54,524 nt of DNA, taken from the IMG/VR virus record IMGVR_UViG_3300031951_000211, positions 1 through 54,524 of that record, one strand, 5' to 3'. The number at the start of each line of letters is the position of its first letter. Positions within the stretch are counted from its first letter, which is position 1. The notes under the pieces were generated by a model that was not told the DNA's origin, ran no database searches, and saw only the letters and a program-made list of their open reading frames with translations. The position numbers and the translations under genes were made by a program. Of the stretch, positions 1-9,923 are shown piece after piece. The stretch is from a virus (taxonomy: Duplodnaviria > Caudoviricetes).

Positions 1-2
1 GT

Positions 3-530
3 GCTAATCAATTAAAAGACCGTGAACCGCTAAGTGAGAGCGTTGTGTTACGAATGTACTCGTTTTTTGCAAGACATGAAGTAGACAAAAAAGCAACGGG
101 CTTTCGCAGCGGTGAAGAAGGTTTTCCAAGCAAAGGTCGTGTAGCTTGGGATTTGTGGGGCGGCGACGGTGGCTACTCATGGAGCACAGCCAAGCGTAAT
201 CAAATTATGCGTGCACGTGAAGCCAAAGCACTGCACTTGGTAACTGTAACCAAATCGCAGATTCCACACACAATGTTGATGGCTGCTGCACAAACGCTAG
301 AAGACTACGCCAATGAGTACATTTCAGAAGAGCTAGATGCTTTTGGTCAGTTTATGTACCATGCACAGCTGCTACGCAACAACCACTTGGATACTTACTT
401 ACTAGACTTGCACTTGGTGGAACAACCATATCGCGATATACTAGTACTAGTATTCCACGAACTAGCACCAGAAGACGTAATCGACTACGAAGATGTAGAC
501 GACGAAGACAGCTTAGAAGACACACAATAA
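3..530 (+). CDS. Conserved phage protein, 5'-truncated by window edge
   Basis: Frame is open from base 3 (ANQLKDREPLSESVVLRMYSFFARH...GRVAWDLWGGDGG), a motif I recall from phage head-associated proteins; acidic tail. Confidence 0.6.
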   Translation, partial: ANQLKDREPLSESVVLRMYSFFARHEVDKKATGFRSGEEGFPSKGRVAWDLWGGDGGYSWSTAKRNQIMRAREAKALHLVTVTKSQIPHTMLMAAAQTLEDYANEYISEELDAFGQFMYHAQLLRNNHLDTYLLDLHLVEQPYRDILVLVFHELAPEDVIDYEDVDDEDSLEDTQ

Positions 531-533
531 AAG

Positions 534-568
534 AAAACCCGCAACCATTACTAGTTGCGGGTTTTTTT
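534..568. terminator. Bidirectional intrinsic terminator
   Basis: AAAACCCGCAAC-loop-GTTGCGGGTTTTTTT between convergent genes. Confidence 0.85.
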
Positions 569-1004
569 ATGGTTGCATTGATGAGTATAACATCCAACCG
601 TGTTTGCGGTGTTCGTCAATACGTTCACTTAGAAAAGCACTTAAACCGTGTTCAGCATATTGTTCTGCTAAAGCATAGGCTGCTAATAGTTCTACGTGCA
701 CTTTTCCGTTGTCAACGTATAGCGTGCGCAGCATTTCATTTTTAGGTAACACTTCCAAAGTATCTGCAATCGCCGAGTGCTCTGATAACTGTGAAAAGCT
801 AGCAGGCACATAACAACGCATAGCGCGAACGCGCTCAGCAAAATCATCAAGTTCATCATCTACCTCGTCGTATATTTTGCCAAACAATTCATGATACTGC
901 AAAAAGTCCGGGCCTGTTACGTTCCAGTGAAAGTTTTCAGCTTTTACTAAAAACGCATAAGTTGTTGCAAAAGCGCGTTTAAGCGCCATTTTTAAATCTT
1001 CCAT
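567..1004 (-). CDS. dps: Dps/ferritin-like protein
   Basis: HWNVTGPDFLQYHELF...DDFAERVRA Dps signature; KHGWML C-terminus. Confidence 0.93.
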   Translation of the reverse strand: MEDLKMALKRAFATTYAFLVKAENFHWNVTGPDFLQYHELFGKIYDEVDDELDDFAERVRAMRCYVPASFSQLSEHSAIADTLEVLPKNEMLRTLYVDNGKVHVELLAAYALAEQYAEHGLSAFLSERIDEHRKHGWMLYSSMQP

Positions 1005-1014
1005 TTTTATTCCT

Positions 1015-1614
1015 TTAGATTGTCCACCAGTTACCATTGCTGTAAATTACATTAAGCGACTCATAAGGAGTCGTCATGGTAATTGCAGTAACGCCGTTTA
1101 TTAGTGCTGGTGATTCTGGTTGTACGGTTAATTTTCGATTACCAACTGGTGCACCAAATTCTAATTTGATTGCATACTTGGTACCGTCAGGCACTGACTT
1201 AGGTAATGTAACCGTTGCCTTTTCTTTTAGTTGTGCACCAATATAGCAATCGGTTTCTGTAGCACAATAGTCCTCAGTAATGGTTGTGGTATTGCAAACA
1301 CAACCACCACCAGGTCCAGGTGGTCCAGGTGGTCCAGGTGGTCCAGGTGGTCCGATTACAGGTCCTGCATTAATTATAGTACCATCAGTTAACAGTATTA
1401 ATAAGTCTCCTGGGTTAGGGGTTACTTCTGCTGATGCAACTGCTACACCTGCTTCGCCTTGGGGTCCGGTAGGTCCTGTGGGCCCTGTGGGTCCTGGCAT
1501 ACCTGCGCCGCCGTTTACCACACTGTTTATAAACAAATCTCGGTCATCGATTATTGGAGGTAATGTCAAGTAATTTGGTAAAGGCCAACCAAAAGGCATT
1601 GTTTGATATTGCAT
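1015..1614 (-). CDS. Collagen-like (GPT/GPP repeat) protein with C-terminal beta domain
   Basis: Two Gly-X-Y runs (GPTGPTGPTGPQGE; GPPGPPGPPGPPGP). Confidence 0.8.
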   Translation of the reverse strand: MQYQTMPFGWPLPNYLTLPPIIDDRDLFINSVVNGGAGMPGPTGPTGPTGPQGEAGVAVASAEVTPNPGDLLILLTDGTIINAGPVIGPPGPPGPPGPPGPGGGCVCNTTTITEDYCATETDCYIGAQLKEKATVTLPKSVPDGTKYAIKLEFGAPVGNRKLTVQPESPALINGVTAITMTTPYESLNVIYSNGNWWTI

Positions 1615-1627
1615 ATTAGTTCCTTAA

Positions 1628-1663
1628 CAAAAAAGCCCCCACGACTTGTGGTCTTGGGGGCTT
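1628..1663 (-). terminator. Intrinsic terminator
   Basis: AAGCCCCC...GGGGGCTT hairpin with minus-strand T-tract. Confidence 0.8.
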
Positions 1664-1670
1664 TACCTAA

Positions 1671-2606
1671 TTAACGAATGTTAGTATTAGTGTTTGCTGG
1701 GTTAGCAGTTTGTGTACCGCTTCCAACGTTGATTGCAGCATTGCTGTTTTGAATGTTTTGACCTAGAGTCCAGATCAAATTGGCCAGTTGGCCATACTGT
1801 TGCTGTTGTTGCTGTTGTTGTTGCATCTGGTTGATGTTGTTAGTTGTAGTAACTTCAACACCGCGAGTTGCAGCAGCTAGTTCTTGCTTGTTGCGAAGTG
1901 CAATAATTTCTGCATTAGCATCGCTAAGTTGACGATTTAGAGTTGCCTCGTACTGTGCAGTAATTAGTGCACGAGTTTTTTCGCCGTCATCTTTTACAGC
2001 AGCAGTTAACACGCCTGTTTGAACCGCTATGTTACGATCAACATTAGCAATACTTGCGTTAATTCCAGCTGTTTCACGTAGAACGTTGTTTTCAATTTGA
2101 TTTAAGTTTTGTACTTGAGCGGCAAAACCTGCTTGAGTTACAGTTTGTGCTTGAAAAATGTTTTGCTGTAGTGCGTTTTGTTGTGCTGCTAGTGCAGCTT
2201 GTAGACTAGCTTCGGCTAATGGAACAGCAGCTTTTAGGTCTGCTAGTTCTTGTTGTATAGCGCTTTGGTTAACAACGCTTTGTACACCAGCTTGTGTAGC
2301 CACTGCACCTATGTTACCATCACCATTACCGCCAAATAAGTTTCCGTTGTTGCGTAGTAGACTGCCTAGGATAAGGCCGCCGATTAAACCGCCACCAGCA
2401 CCAAACATATCTCCGCCGCCACCGCCCATCATAATACCACCGGGTGTCATAATTTCTGCCATTTTATCTTCCTTAAAAGTTTCTTTAACTTGAGATGCTA
2501 GTTTTTTGTAATAATCTTCCGCAAAACTAGCTTGTTTTTTAAGCGCTTCCATTGCTTCTTCAGCTGCCGCTGTAGAAATAGGTACGCCAGTCGTTGTATC
2601 ATCCAT
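1671..2606 (-). CDS. Gln/Ala/Asn-rich coiled-coil protein with Gly-rich hydrophobic segment
   Basis: 311-aa ORF; GGGLIGGLILGSLL, DGEKTRALI, polyQ; second in-frame start (MAEIMTPGG) with its own RBS. Confidence 0.75.
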   Translation of the reverse strand: MDDTTTGVPISTAAAEEAMEALKKQASFAEDYYKKLASQVKETFKEDKMAEIMTPGGIMMGGGGGDMFGAGGGLIGGLILGSLLRNNGNLFGGNGDGNIGAVATQAGVQSVVNQSAIQQELADLKAAVPLAEASLQAALAAQQNALQQNIFQAQTVTQAGFAAQVQNLNQIENNVLRETAGINASIANVDRNIAVQTGVLTAAVKDDGEKTRALITAQYEATLNRQLSDANAEIIALRNKQELAAATRGVEVTTTNNINQMQQQQQQQQQYGQLANLIWTLGQNIQNSNAAINVGSGTQTANPANTNTNIR

Positions 2607-2684
2607 AGTGTATAAAATTCCTGTAGTGGATGTATATGATACTGCGTATCATCGCGCAGCCCTTAAAATTTAAGAACTGATATA

Positions 2685-2713
2685 ATTATACAACAAAATG
2701 GTATGTACTGCAA
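2685..2713 (-). promoter_or_regulatory. Sigma70-type promoter
   Basis: TTGCAG-17-TATAAT. Confidence 0.6.
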
Positions 2714-2816
2714 CCTTACTTTTAGGGTTCCAGGAGCAAAAATGCACGGTAATAAGAAATTATGCTGGATATTTTTGGGCAACAGCACAGATGCAGGCTA
2801 TGAAATTTTGACGACA

Positions 2817-2856
2817 AAAAAGCCCCCGAATCTTTTGATGCGGGGGCTTTTCTTTT
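2817..2856. terminator. Intrinsic terminator
   Basis: AAAAAGCCCC...GGGGCTTTT. Confidence 0.8.
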
Positions 2857-2863
2857 GGCTAAA

Positions 2864-3037
2864 TTATTGCTCGGTTTCTGGTGTATCCGGTTCAGCTAAT
2901 TGCTCACGAGCTTGTTGCTGAATCTTTGCAGTCAGAGGGTTAGATGCTTTAGCTGGTAACTCTTGTAGACCTGCTAATATTAAGTTAGCTTCTTCAATAG
3001 TTATTTTAAATGTTAGTTCTGTTGAATTTAAAATCAT
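2864..3037 (-). CDS. Small hypothetical protein
   Basis: EEANLILAGLQELPAK...NPL..KIQQQA, a common small phage protein; follows RNR. Confidence 0.6.
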   Translation of the reverse strand: MILNSTELTFKITIEEANLILAGLQELPAKASNPLTAKIQQQAREQLAEPDTPETEQ

Positions 3038-3038
3038 A

Positions 3039-5006
3039 TTATTTAATAGGGCAACTTCCGGTTGCACATTCAGCATCGGTGATTTCATCAAATGAGTTGG
3101 TGTTGTTTAGGTCAACGTCTGTAACCGTGGCAACATACTCGCGGTAAGTTTGTTCGTCTACAACTTCTTGTGGAAGGTATAGGTAACCTAAGTCTTTGGC
3201 AGTTTTTGTTGGGTCTGTGCGGTAAATAAAACTCACGCCAACATAACAATCCCAGTTGTCTAGCAACCAATCAATGATTTGAGGAATCTCACCTGGATCA
3301 TAACTAATAGTTACTGATGTGTTTTGCTGATTCCAAGAAGTTTGCAGCAGCTTGTAACGCTCCAATTGCGTAACAGCCGACTCTAGGTTAACTTCTTTGC
3401 CATCAACCTTATCAAACGGAACGCCATCCCACATTACTGGGAACGTAACAAGAACTCCAGAATCATCAACAGGATGATTAATAACACGGTAACCCGCTTG
3501 ACGTAGCTTTTCAACCACCGGGTCATGTTTGCTAAACTGAACATTATTGAAAATATACTTTCCTAGTGGTTTGTGCACACCCTCAGTTGTATCCATGATC
3601 TTGCTTAGTGTACCGCTCGGCTTGATACAAGTTACATTTTTAGGAGCAGGTAAACCCAACTCTAAACTCATACCAACTGCGGCACTTGTAGCAGTACGCT
3701 TTAGGTATTCATAATCGTATGAGCCCATATCAGGACGCATTGCAATACCTGTTAAGCCTACACCGCAAAGTCGTAGGAAATAGTTGTTAAGATGCCAAGA
3801 TTCTTGAAGAATGCCGTCCTGAAGATTAACACAGGTTTGTCTGTAGTTGGCACGAGCTGCCAGTCGTATAGCGTTGTGCAAACCGGCAGTGTCGCCTTTG
3901 AACTTGGCAATGTCAGTTTCGGTAAGGTTACAGAAAGCCTTATTACCGAGTAAGATTTCAACGCATGGATTGGCTCCCTTAAACCACGGTGCGCGTCGGA
4001 GTGCTTCAACTTCATTGATAAATCCAGGTTCCGAACCGCCTGCCTCAGTCATCATTGCAAAAATGCGTTCTAAGTCAGCTTTTAGCGGCTTCTTTTTAAA
4101 TACTAGCGAATTGTTTGATTGTGTGCGGTGCTGATTGTTGTGCAACCACCAGTCTTTTTTGGCTACTGCAAATTCTTCCCACTCCGGCTGGTCATAATCG
4201 AAAAGTGCGATTTCAGCACTTCTGCGGCTACTAAGAATGGTGCCAAGATGATTAACAATATCAAGGATATCCATGCGAGTAAGCAGACTATCAGCACGAC
4301 CATTAAGTATATTGGCGATAGCGGTATAAGCAGTACTAATAGCACTATCACCCGAGCTAATCCATCCATAACCTTTTAGCCTTTCACCAGCAGGTCGTAG
4401 TTGACTAAAATCAAGAACCAAAGTATCAGCAGGGTACTTACCCGCAAGCAGCTTGCCAATAGACTTTGCCCAAGCTTCTGCACTGTCTCCGACTTGAATA
4501 GTCCAAGTTTTTGTTTCAGCATCCCAAGTTTCGGTATTGTGCTCATTACCACCTTTTTCAGTACGGGTACTACGCACTACCCTGATATTTTTAATTGGCT
4601 TTGAAAATCCGTTTAGCGTACCAACAATTGGTTTAAAGCCAACGCCACAACCTTGTAGCAACAGCCATAGCACATCTACTACGTCATAAATAGTTTCAAC
4701 GTGTGTAAACGAGCAGTTAAACTGTGATGCTTCACGAGTTTTAGCTACGTTTGTGCCACCAAGCCAAAGTGTACGTCCACTCATTAGCACTTTACGATCT
4801 AGCATTAGCTGTTCCAGATCATACAGTTCTGCGTACTCAACGTCGTTTAAGTCACGACCTACTGCCCGCTCCCACAACCACTGCTGGTGGTCAATAACTC
4901 GGGCTACTGTTTCTTGCCATGTTTCAAATTCTTTACCGTCGTCTGAGGTAGGGCGATTATATGTACGACGTGTGATTACTTGTGCTCGTGTGCTTACTGC
5001 TGTCAT
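3039..5006 (-). CDS. nrdJ: Class II (B12-dependent) ribonucleotide reductase, monomeric RTPR type
   Basis: FNCSF, GANPCVEI, TCIKPSGT, C-terminal ECATGSCPIK; no R2 subunit nearby. Confidence 0.92.
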   Translation of the reverse strand: MTAVSTRAQVITRRTYNRPTSDDGKEFETWQETVARVIDHQQWLWERAVGRDLNDVEYAELYDLEQLMLDRKVLMSGRTLWLGGTNVAKTREASQFNCSFTHVETIYDVVDVLWLLLQGCGVGFKPIVGTLNGFSKPIKNIRVVRSTRTEKGGNEHNTETWDAETKTWTIQVGDSAEAWAKSIGKLLAGKYPADTLVLDFSQLRPAGERLKGYGWISSGDSAISTAYTAIANILNGRADSLLTRMDILDIVNHLGTILSSRRSAEIALFDYDQPEWEEFAVAKKDWWLHNNQHRTQSNNSLVFKKKPLKADLERIFAMMTEAGGSEPGFINEVEALRRAPWFKGANPCVEILLGNKAFCNLTETDIAKFKGDTAGLHNAIRLAARANYRQTCVNLQDGILQESWHLNNYFLRLCGVGLTGIAMRPDMGSYDYEYLKRTATSAAVGMSLELGLPAPKNVTCIKPSGTLSKIMDTTEGVHKPLGKYIFNNVQFSKHDPVVEKLRQAGYRVINHPVDDSGVLVTFPVMWDGVPFDKVDGKEVNLESAVTQLERYKLLQTSWNQQNTSVTISYDPGEIPQIIDWLLDNWDCYVGVSFIYRTDPTKTAKDLGYLYLPQEVVDEQTYREYVATVTDVDLNNTNSFDEITDAECATGSCPIK

Positions 5007-5021
5007 CTAATATCTTTCTCG

Positions 5022-5498
5022 TTATTGTCCGGTACTGCCAAATCCGCCAGTACCTCGTTGTGTGTCATTCCAAATATCCTTAAATTCCGGCAGCAATACT
5101 GGCATAACCACTAGCTGAGCAATTCGGTCGCCGGGCTCGATAACATAAGGGTCTTCGCCAATATTTTTTAGCAAAACTTTTAAATTTCCACGATAATCAG
5201 AATCAATGACTCCAACCGAATGTGGGATTGTAATGCCTTTTTTCCCTTGCGAGCTCCTATTGAAAATAAAGCCCCCATAGCCTTCTGGAATTTTAATGGC
5301 TACTCCTGTATCAACAAGTTTTTGTTCGCCAGGATAAATTTCATGTGAGTCAAATGCAAATAAATCTGCACCTGCATCAGTGGGGTGTGCACGCTTTGGA
5401 AGTTGTGCTCCTGGCTGTAATTGACAATCCAGTACTTGGGTTATTGCTACTCCACGATTGTGGTCGTAGTCTCGGTTAATATTAATATAATTGCTCAT
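5022..5498 (-). CDS. dut: dUTPase (trimeric)
   Basis: AGADL, RSS, GVIDSDYRG, RGTGGFGSTG motifs. Confidence 0.96.
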   Translation of the reverse strand: MSNYININRDYDHNRGVAITQVLDCQLQPGAQLPKRAHPTDAGADLFAFDSHEIYPGEQKLVDTGVAIKIPEGYGGFIFNRSSQGKKGITIPHSVGVIDSDYRGNLKVLLKNIGEDPYVIEPGDRIAQLVVMPVLLPEFKDIWNDTQRGTGGFGSTGQ

Positions 5499-6328
5499 TT
5501 TAAGTAAAGTTCTAGTGTTTGGTCGATTTCGGCTATGTTTTCTTCACCAATAGCTTCGCGGCAGTGTGTTACCAAGTCCATTAGCTGGTAGTTAAGTAAC
5601 AACAAGTCGCGGCACTGGTTTAGTTCTTGAATATATTTGTACTTACCGGGTAGTGGAATGTTTGCAATAATGTCGTAAGTACTGCCGTACTCAGCCACAA
5701 GTGAAACTGCTCGTTTAGGCCCAATGCCAGGGACGCCAGCAACATTATCGCCGCTGTCACCTGTAAGGCACTTAATACTAATGTAATCTTCAGGATTGAA
5801 ATCATAATGGTCATTCCAGTTGTCAATGGTAACTTCTTTGCGTGTAACGTAACTAAATCGGCTAACGCCAGGCCTAATTAAAAGATCATAGTCTTTATCA
5901 CTTGAAATTAACCAAATATTTCTATTAGTTACTTTACTACAGATATAAGCACATATGTCATCAGCTTCTACGCCCTGAAATCGAAGAACAGGATATTTTC
6001 CTTGTTCTTCAATAAGTGCCATAGTTCTTTCAAACTCTTCAAAAAACAGTGCAAAAGCAGCGGCTTCGGCCTCTGTTTGTAGAGCTTGCTTGTCTTTTCG
6101 ATTTTGCTTATATTCAGGACTTAGCGTTTTTCTATAAGAACTAGATCCCTTATCACAAGCTATGATTACTTTATCTGCCTTATAAGACTTTTTAAGACTT
6201 TCAACTGTTTTTATGTAGTCTTCCGCAAAGTCTACGGCTCCGCTGTGCTTCCAACGAAAACCTAGGTTGATAGCGTCCACTATTAGCAGAGTACCATCAG
6301 ATTCTGTAACCTGTTTAAATGTTTTCAT
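5495..6328 (-). CDS. Flap endonuclease / 5'-3' exonuclease (T5 D15-like)
   Basis: YKQNR, GVEADD, SSDKD, GDSGDNVAGVPGIGPK. Confidence 0.93.
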   Translation of the reverse strand: MKTFKQVTESDGTLLIVDAINLGFRWKHSGAVDFAEDYIKTVESLKKSYKADKVIIACDKGSSSYRKTLSPEYKQNRKDKQALQTEAEAAAFALFFEEFERTMALIEEQGKYPVLRFQGVEADDICAYICSKVTNRNIWLISSDKDYDLLIRPGVSRFSYVTRKEVTIDNWNDHYDFNPEDYISIKCLTGDSGDNVAGVPGIGPKRAVSLVAEYGSTYDIIANIPLPGKYKYIQELNQCRDLLLLNYQLMDLVTHCREAIGEENIAEIDQTLELYLK

Positions 6329-7010
6329 ATTTTTCTACTAAACTCCAGCCCATGGTTGAAGCTCTTTTTCCTGTTATTACTTTTGATAAATTAGATGTTT
6401 GTATATTATTAGTTCTGCAAAATTCCGAGTATTTACCAGATATTAGTTTAACTACTCTACCGTCCACATGCTGTAATACTACTGTACTTTTACCCCTAGT
6501 ATTAGGGGCTTTTTGTCTTATCAGCTTATCGTACTTTTCGGGGTAGAGTTCTTTCATTTCCGTAAAGGCTCTGTTTCTTCCAGCACTTATATCATGAACA
6601 GTATTAATATCTATACCTACAAAATCTGCTACTTCTTTGTGAAGAATTCCAGGATTTTCTACAAGTAGTAAAAAAACTAACTCTATATCAGAACTAAGAT
6701 ATTTGGAAGTAAGCGCATTATATCCAAAATTAGAGTCTCCGCCTGCTTTAATGTTTAAGCAAAGATTATTACTTAAATCAATTAAAGCATTTTCATGGGT
6801 ATTTAGTTCTGAAGTGTTACACTCTATTTCTACTATAAATTCCGGCAACTCTTTTAATTTATCGTATAATTCTTGAACTTTGTAGTTATGATGATTACCT
6901 AGTAGTAATAATCTATAATGCTCTTTTTTTCGTATATCTAAATTTACGGTTTGGCCTATATAAAAAGCCCCGGTTTTAAACAGTAATTTATATATGCCTG
7001 ATTTTTGCAT
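6315..7010 (-). mobile_element. Free-standing GIY-YIG homing endonuclease
   Basis: N-terminal SGIYKL...FYIGQT; C-terminal NUMOD-like segment; AT-rich; own promoter. Confidence 0.85.
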
Positions 7011-7030
7011 AAATCTCCTTTGTATGAACT

Positions 7031-7059
7031 ATTATACTACATATAACAATCATTGTCAA
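7031..7059 (-). promoter_or_regulatory. Consensus sigma70 promoter of the homing endonuclease
   Basis: TTGACA-17-TATAAT. Confidence 0.85.
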
Positions 7060-7078
7060 GGAATAAATTTTGTTTGCT

Positions 7079-7537
7079 TCAAGTTACAAATTCCGGGTGC
7101 TCATGTTGCAACCAGTCTTCTAGTAGTGCAACATAAAACTCATGCGACTCGTGATTGTAGTAAATACAACGATAGTTTTGTGAATTAGGCATATCTTCAA
7201 AAGCCACAAATATTTTGCTACGATTAAATTTAAATATTAACAGGGGCTTTTTGTCAACTTGCTGGCCTTGACGTATAGTTTGCTGCCAAAACTCTATTAA
7301 CTGTGGAGTTTTGGATGTAAGCAACTGTGAGGTAAGGTGATCTTCGGCATAACCTTTTACTTCAACACACCACAGGTTAGTGCGGCCTGGAATATACAAA
7401 TCACCTTTTAACAAGTGTTTTGCGTCCAGTGCCCCACTACCAGGTATGCGCTCCCACCCTAAACCGGTATGTTTGCGTAGTAGGTCACGTACTACAGTTT
7501 CGGTACGTGCACCTTTTGCACGTGCATCAACGACCAT
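7079..7537 (-). CDS. Holliday-junction resolvase-like PD-(D/E)XK nuclease (T5 D14-like)
   Basis: RAKGARTE, RIPGSGA, KGDL, VEVK; T5 synteny. Confidence 0.85.
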   Translation of the reverse strand: MVVDARAKGARTETVVRDLLRKHTGLGWERIPGSGALDAKHLLKGDLYIPGRTNLWCVEVKGYAEDHLTSQLLTSKTPQLIEFWQQTIRQGQQVDKKPLLIFKFNRSKIFVAFEDMPNSQNYRCIYYNHESHEFYVALLEDWLQHEHPEFVT

Positions 7538-7842
7538 TACGCTTGCGGTGTTTTGGCAGTTTTACGTGCAGGTTGAATGATTTGCTTGCCAGGCGGGGCG
7601 GTAACAATAGTGGCGGGGTCTGGTACTGCGTCAACAACTGGTGCTGGAGCGGGCTGTTTGGCTGGTTGAAAGTCAATGGTTTTAACCTCCATTTCATCCA
7701 CGCTGTACAAAATACTGCCGCTGTCAGCTGTTAGACTTGCCAATTCTTCCTCACTAATAGTCATGTTTAGTGTTGCTGGTTGGCGCTTACCATTTCGCAC
7801 TATTGTAGCATTTGTTGCCGTGCTTCGTTCAATTTTAATCAT
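7537..7842 (-). CDS. Hypothetical protein, Pro/Ala-rich tail
   Basis: ORF filling the gap between D13 and D14. Confidence 0.6.
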   Translation of the reverse strand: MIKIERSTATNATIVRNGKRQPATLNMTISEEELASLTADSGSILYSVDEMEVKTIDFQPAKQPAPAPVVDAVPDPATIVTAPPGKQIIQPARKTAKTPQA

Positions 7843-7843
7843 G

Positions 7844-9682
7844 TTATACCTCGATTTGTGATATGTTGTTGTGCTTAACAACATTTACCTTTTCCAGCAG
7901 TGGATGTGTAAATCCGTGTGATACTAAAAAGGTGTTTAAATGTTCTTCTCGCAGTAGAACTTCTACTAGTCGCTCTTTGCCGTCTACGTCAAGTGCTTCA
8001 ACGGTTTCATCTAGTATTAGCAAGTTAATTCTGCTCGAACTTAGGGTCTGCATTAGTTTGCGAATTGCAAGCAGTGTGGCTACGTTTACACGGGCACGTT
8101 CACCACCACTTAGTGCAAGCATTTCAATGTCACGACCATTGTCAGTGATAACAACATTTAGTTTATCACTAGCTGATATTTTAAAACTGATTTGAAAACG
8201 GCCGTCTGACAAGTCTACCAAGTAGCTGTTAGTGATTTCTTCCAGGTCTTTGACTAAGCACTCAATTTTGTAAGCAACTAATCCAGTTGTTGAAAAAGTT
8301 TTAGTTAGTACATTAACAATACTCATGCGCTCTGATAGCTCATGTAAGTTGTTACTGTAAGTTTCTAACTCAGCATTCATTTCTGTGATTTGTGCACTCA
8401 ATGACTCTACACGAGCATTATGTGCACTAGCAGCTAAGTTATGCTTTTCAGCTTGTGCAATTGCAGTTTTTAAGTTGCTGATTGCCGTTTGTAGTGCCTT
8501 AAACTTCGAGTCTAGCTCATTTTTGTCTAGTAGATCTTCACCTAACTCAGGGTCTATTAGTGCATGGTACTTTTCCCACTCTTCACGGGATTTGTTGGCT
8601 GAATCCCATACTTGCATACGCTTGGCAATATCTGCACGTAGCAGATCTAAGTCACCTATACGTGTTGTTAAGATAACATTACTTGCTTCAGCACTTTGTT
8701 GAATAGTTTGCTGCTCAGCTACTAATTCAGCAATTTTAGCTTCGTCAATTTCTTGCAAACAAGTTGGGCACGTTCCGTGCAGTGCAGCAATCTTTTTAAC
8801 AAATGCTTGCGAATCACGAATTGTTTTTGAGTGCTCAACCACTTGTTTATCTAGTTGTGCACTTTCCAAAACCAGTGGCTTTAAATCTTCAGTAGGCTTT
8901 TCAGGAATGGGGAATAGTTTGATCTTGGACTGTACTTGGCGGTAAGTATTGTTTTGCGTAATCTTTTTGTTAATAGAGTCAAGACCAGTGATCTGAGCTT
9001 CTAGTTCTGCACTGCCAGTTACCAAGTCATCCGGAATAGTGGGAACAGGCTGCAGCGGCTTTGGATTTAAGTCAGTTTTAGCGTATTTGTCTAGCCAGCT
9101 GTTTACAGTGGAGACTTGCGCTTGGACTTTGGCAATGTCTTTGCTTAGTTCTTGTGCAGTTTCTTTGAAAACTTCTTGTGCCTGAGTATACTTGCCTAAA
9201 TTTAGGATTTCAATTAAAAACTTTTTACGTGCTGTGTCAGGTGCTGTTAAAAACTCTAAGCTACCTGCATTTGACTGATAAACAATCTGCGAAAAAGTTT
9301 TGTGGTCAAAGCCTAGTATGTCCTCAATAGCTTTGTAGGTTTGTGTGCTTGTGTGTGCACTAATATCTGTTTCACCGCGATACAGCTTAACAGTTTGTGT
9401 TGAGCCACGGCGAGTTTTAATTGTGTACTCTACACCGTCTTTTTCAAACACCAGTGAAATTTCATAGTGTTTGTCGTCAACATAGCGGTTGATAATATCT
9501 GCTTTTTTAATTGACTTTGAGTTCTTGTTAAACAGCACTTCTTCTAGGATAAGTGCTATAGAACTTTTACCGTGACCGTTTTTACCTACTAGCTGTGTTA
9601 ATTGTGCTGCTGAAAAGTCGATTGTGTTGTCTGCGCCGTAACTAAAGGCATTAGACCATGCTAGTGTTTTTATTGTTATCAT
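7844..9682 (-). CDS. SbcC/Rad50-like recombination ATPase (T5 D13)
   Basis: Walker A GKNGHGKSS, CPTC zinc hook, LSGGE, LILDE. Confidence 0.93.
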   Translation of the reverse strand: MITIKTLAWSNAFSYGADNTIDFSAAQLTQLVGKNGHGKSSIALILEEVLFNKNSKSIKKADIINRYVDDKHYEISLVFEKDGVEYTIKTRRGSTQTVKLYRGETDISAHTSTQTYKAIEDILGFDHKTFSQIVYQSNAGSLEFLTAPDTARKKFLIEILNLGKYTQAQEVFKETAQELSKDIAKVQAQVSTVNSWLDKYAKTDLNPKPLQPVPTIPDDLVTGSAELEAQITGLDSINKKITQNNTYRQVQSKIKLFPIPEKPTEDLKPLVLESAQLDKQVVEHSKTIRDSQAFVKKIAALHGTCPTCLQEIDEAKIAELVAEQQTIQQSAEASNVILTTRIGDLDLLRADIAKRMQVWDSANKSREEWEKYHALIDPELGEDLLDKNELDSKFKALQTAISNLKTAIAQAEKHNLAASAHNARVESLSAQITEMNAELETYSNNLHELSERMSIVNVLTKTFSTTGLVAYKIECLVKDLEEITNSYLVDLSDGRFQISFKISASDKLNVVITDNGRDIEMLALSGGERARVNVATLLAIRKLMQTLSSSRINLLILDETVEALDVDGKERLVEVLLREEHLNTFLVSHGFTHPLLEKVNVVKHNNISQIEV

Positions 9683-9923
9683 TTAGGAGTTTTCGTTTTA
9701 ATTCTTGCAAGCCGCCTACGTACTCACCGTCTACAAAAATCTGTGGAACACTACGTGCATGCGGAACCACATCAATTAAGTCTTTTTTAGTGTAACCGTT
9801 AACGCCTAACATACGTTCTTCGATTTGTACGCCAAGTTGATCTAGCAAACGCTTGGCTTCTGTGCAAGCTGGGCAGTTAGTTTGTGACCATACTTGCGCT
9901 GATTTAGGAGAGTTTTTCTGCAT
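9651..9923 (-). CDS. Glutaredoxin
   Basis: CPAC, SVPQIF, YVGG. Confidence 0.9.
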   Translation of the reverse strand: MQKNSPKSAQVWSQTNCPACTEAKRLLDQLGVQIEERMLGVNGYTKKDLIDVVPHARSVPQIFVDGEYVGGLQELKRKLLNDNNKNTSMV

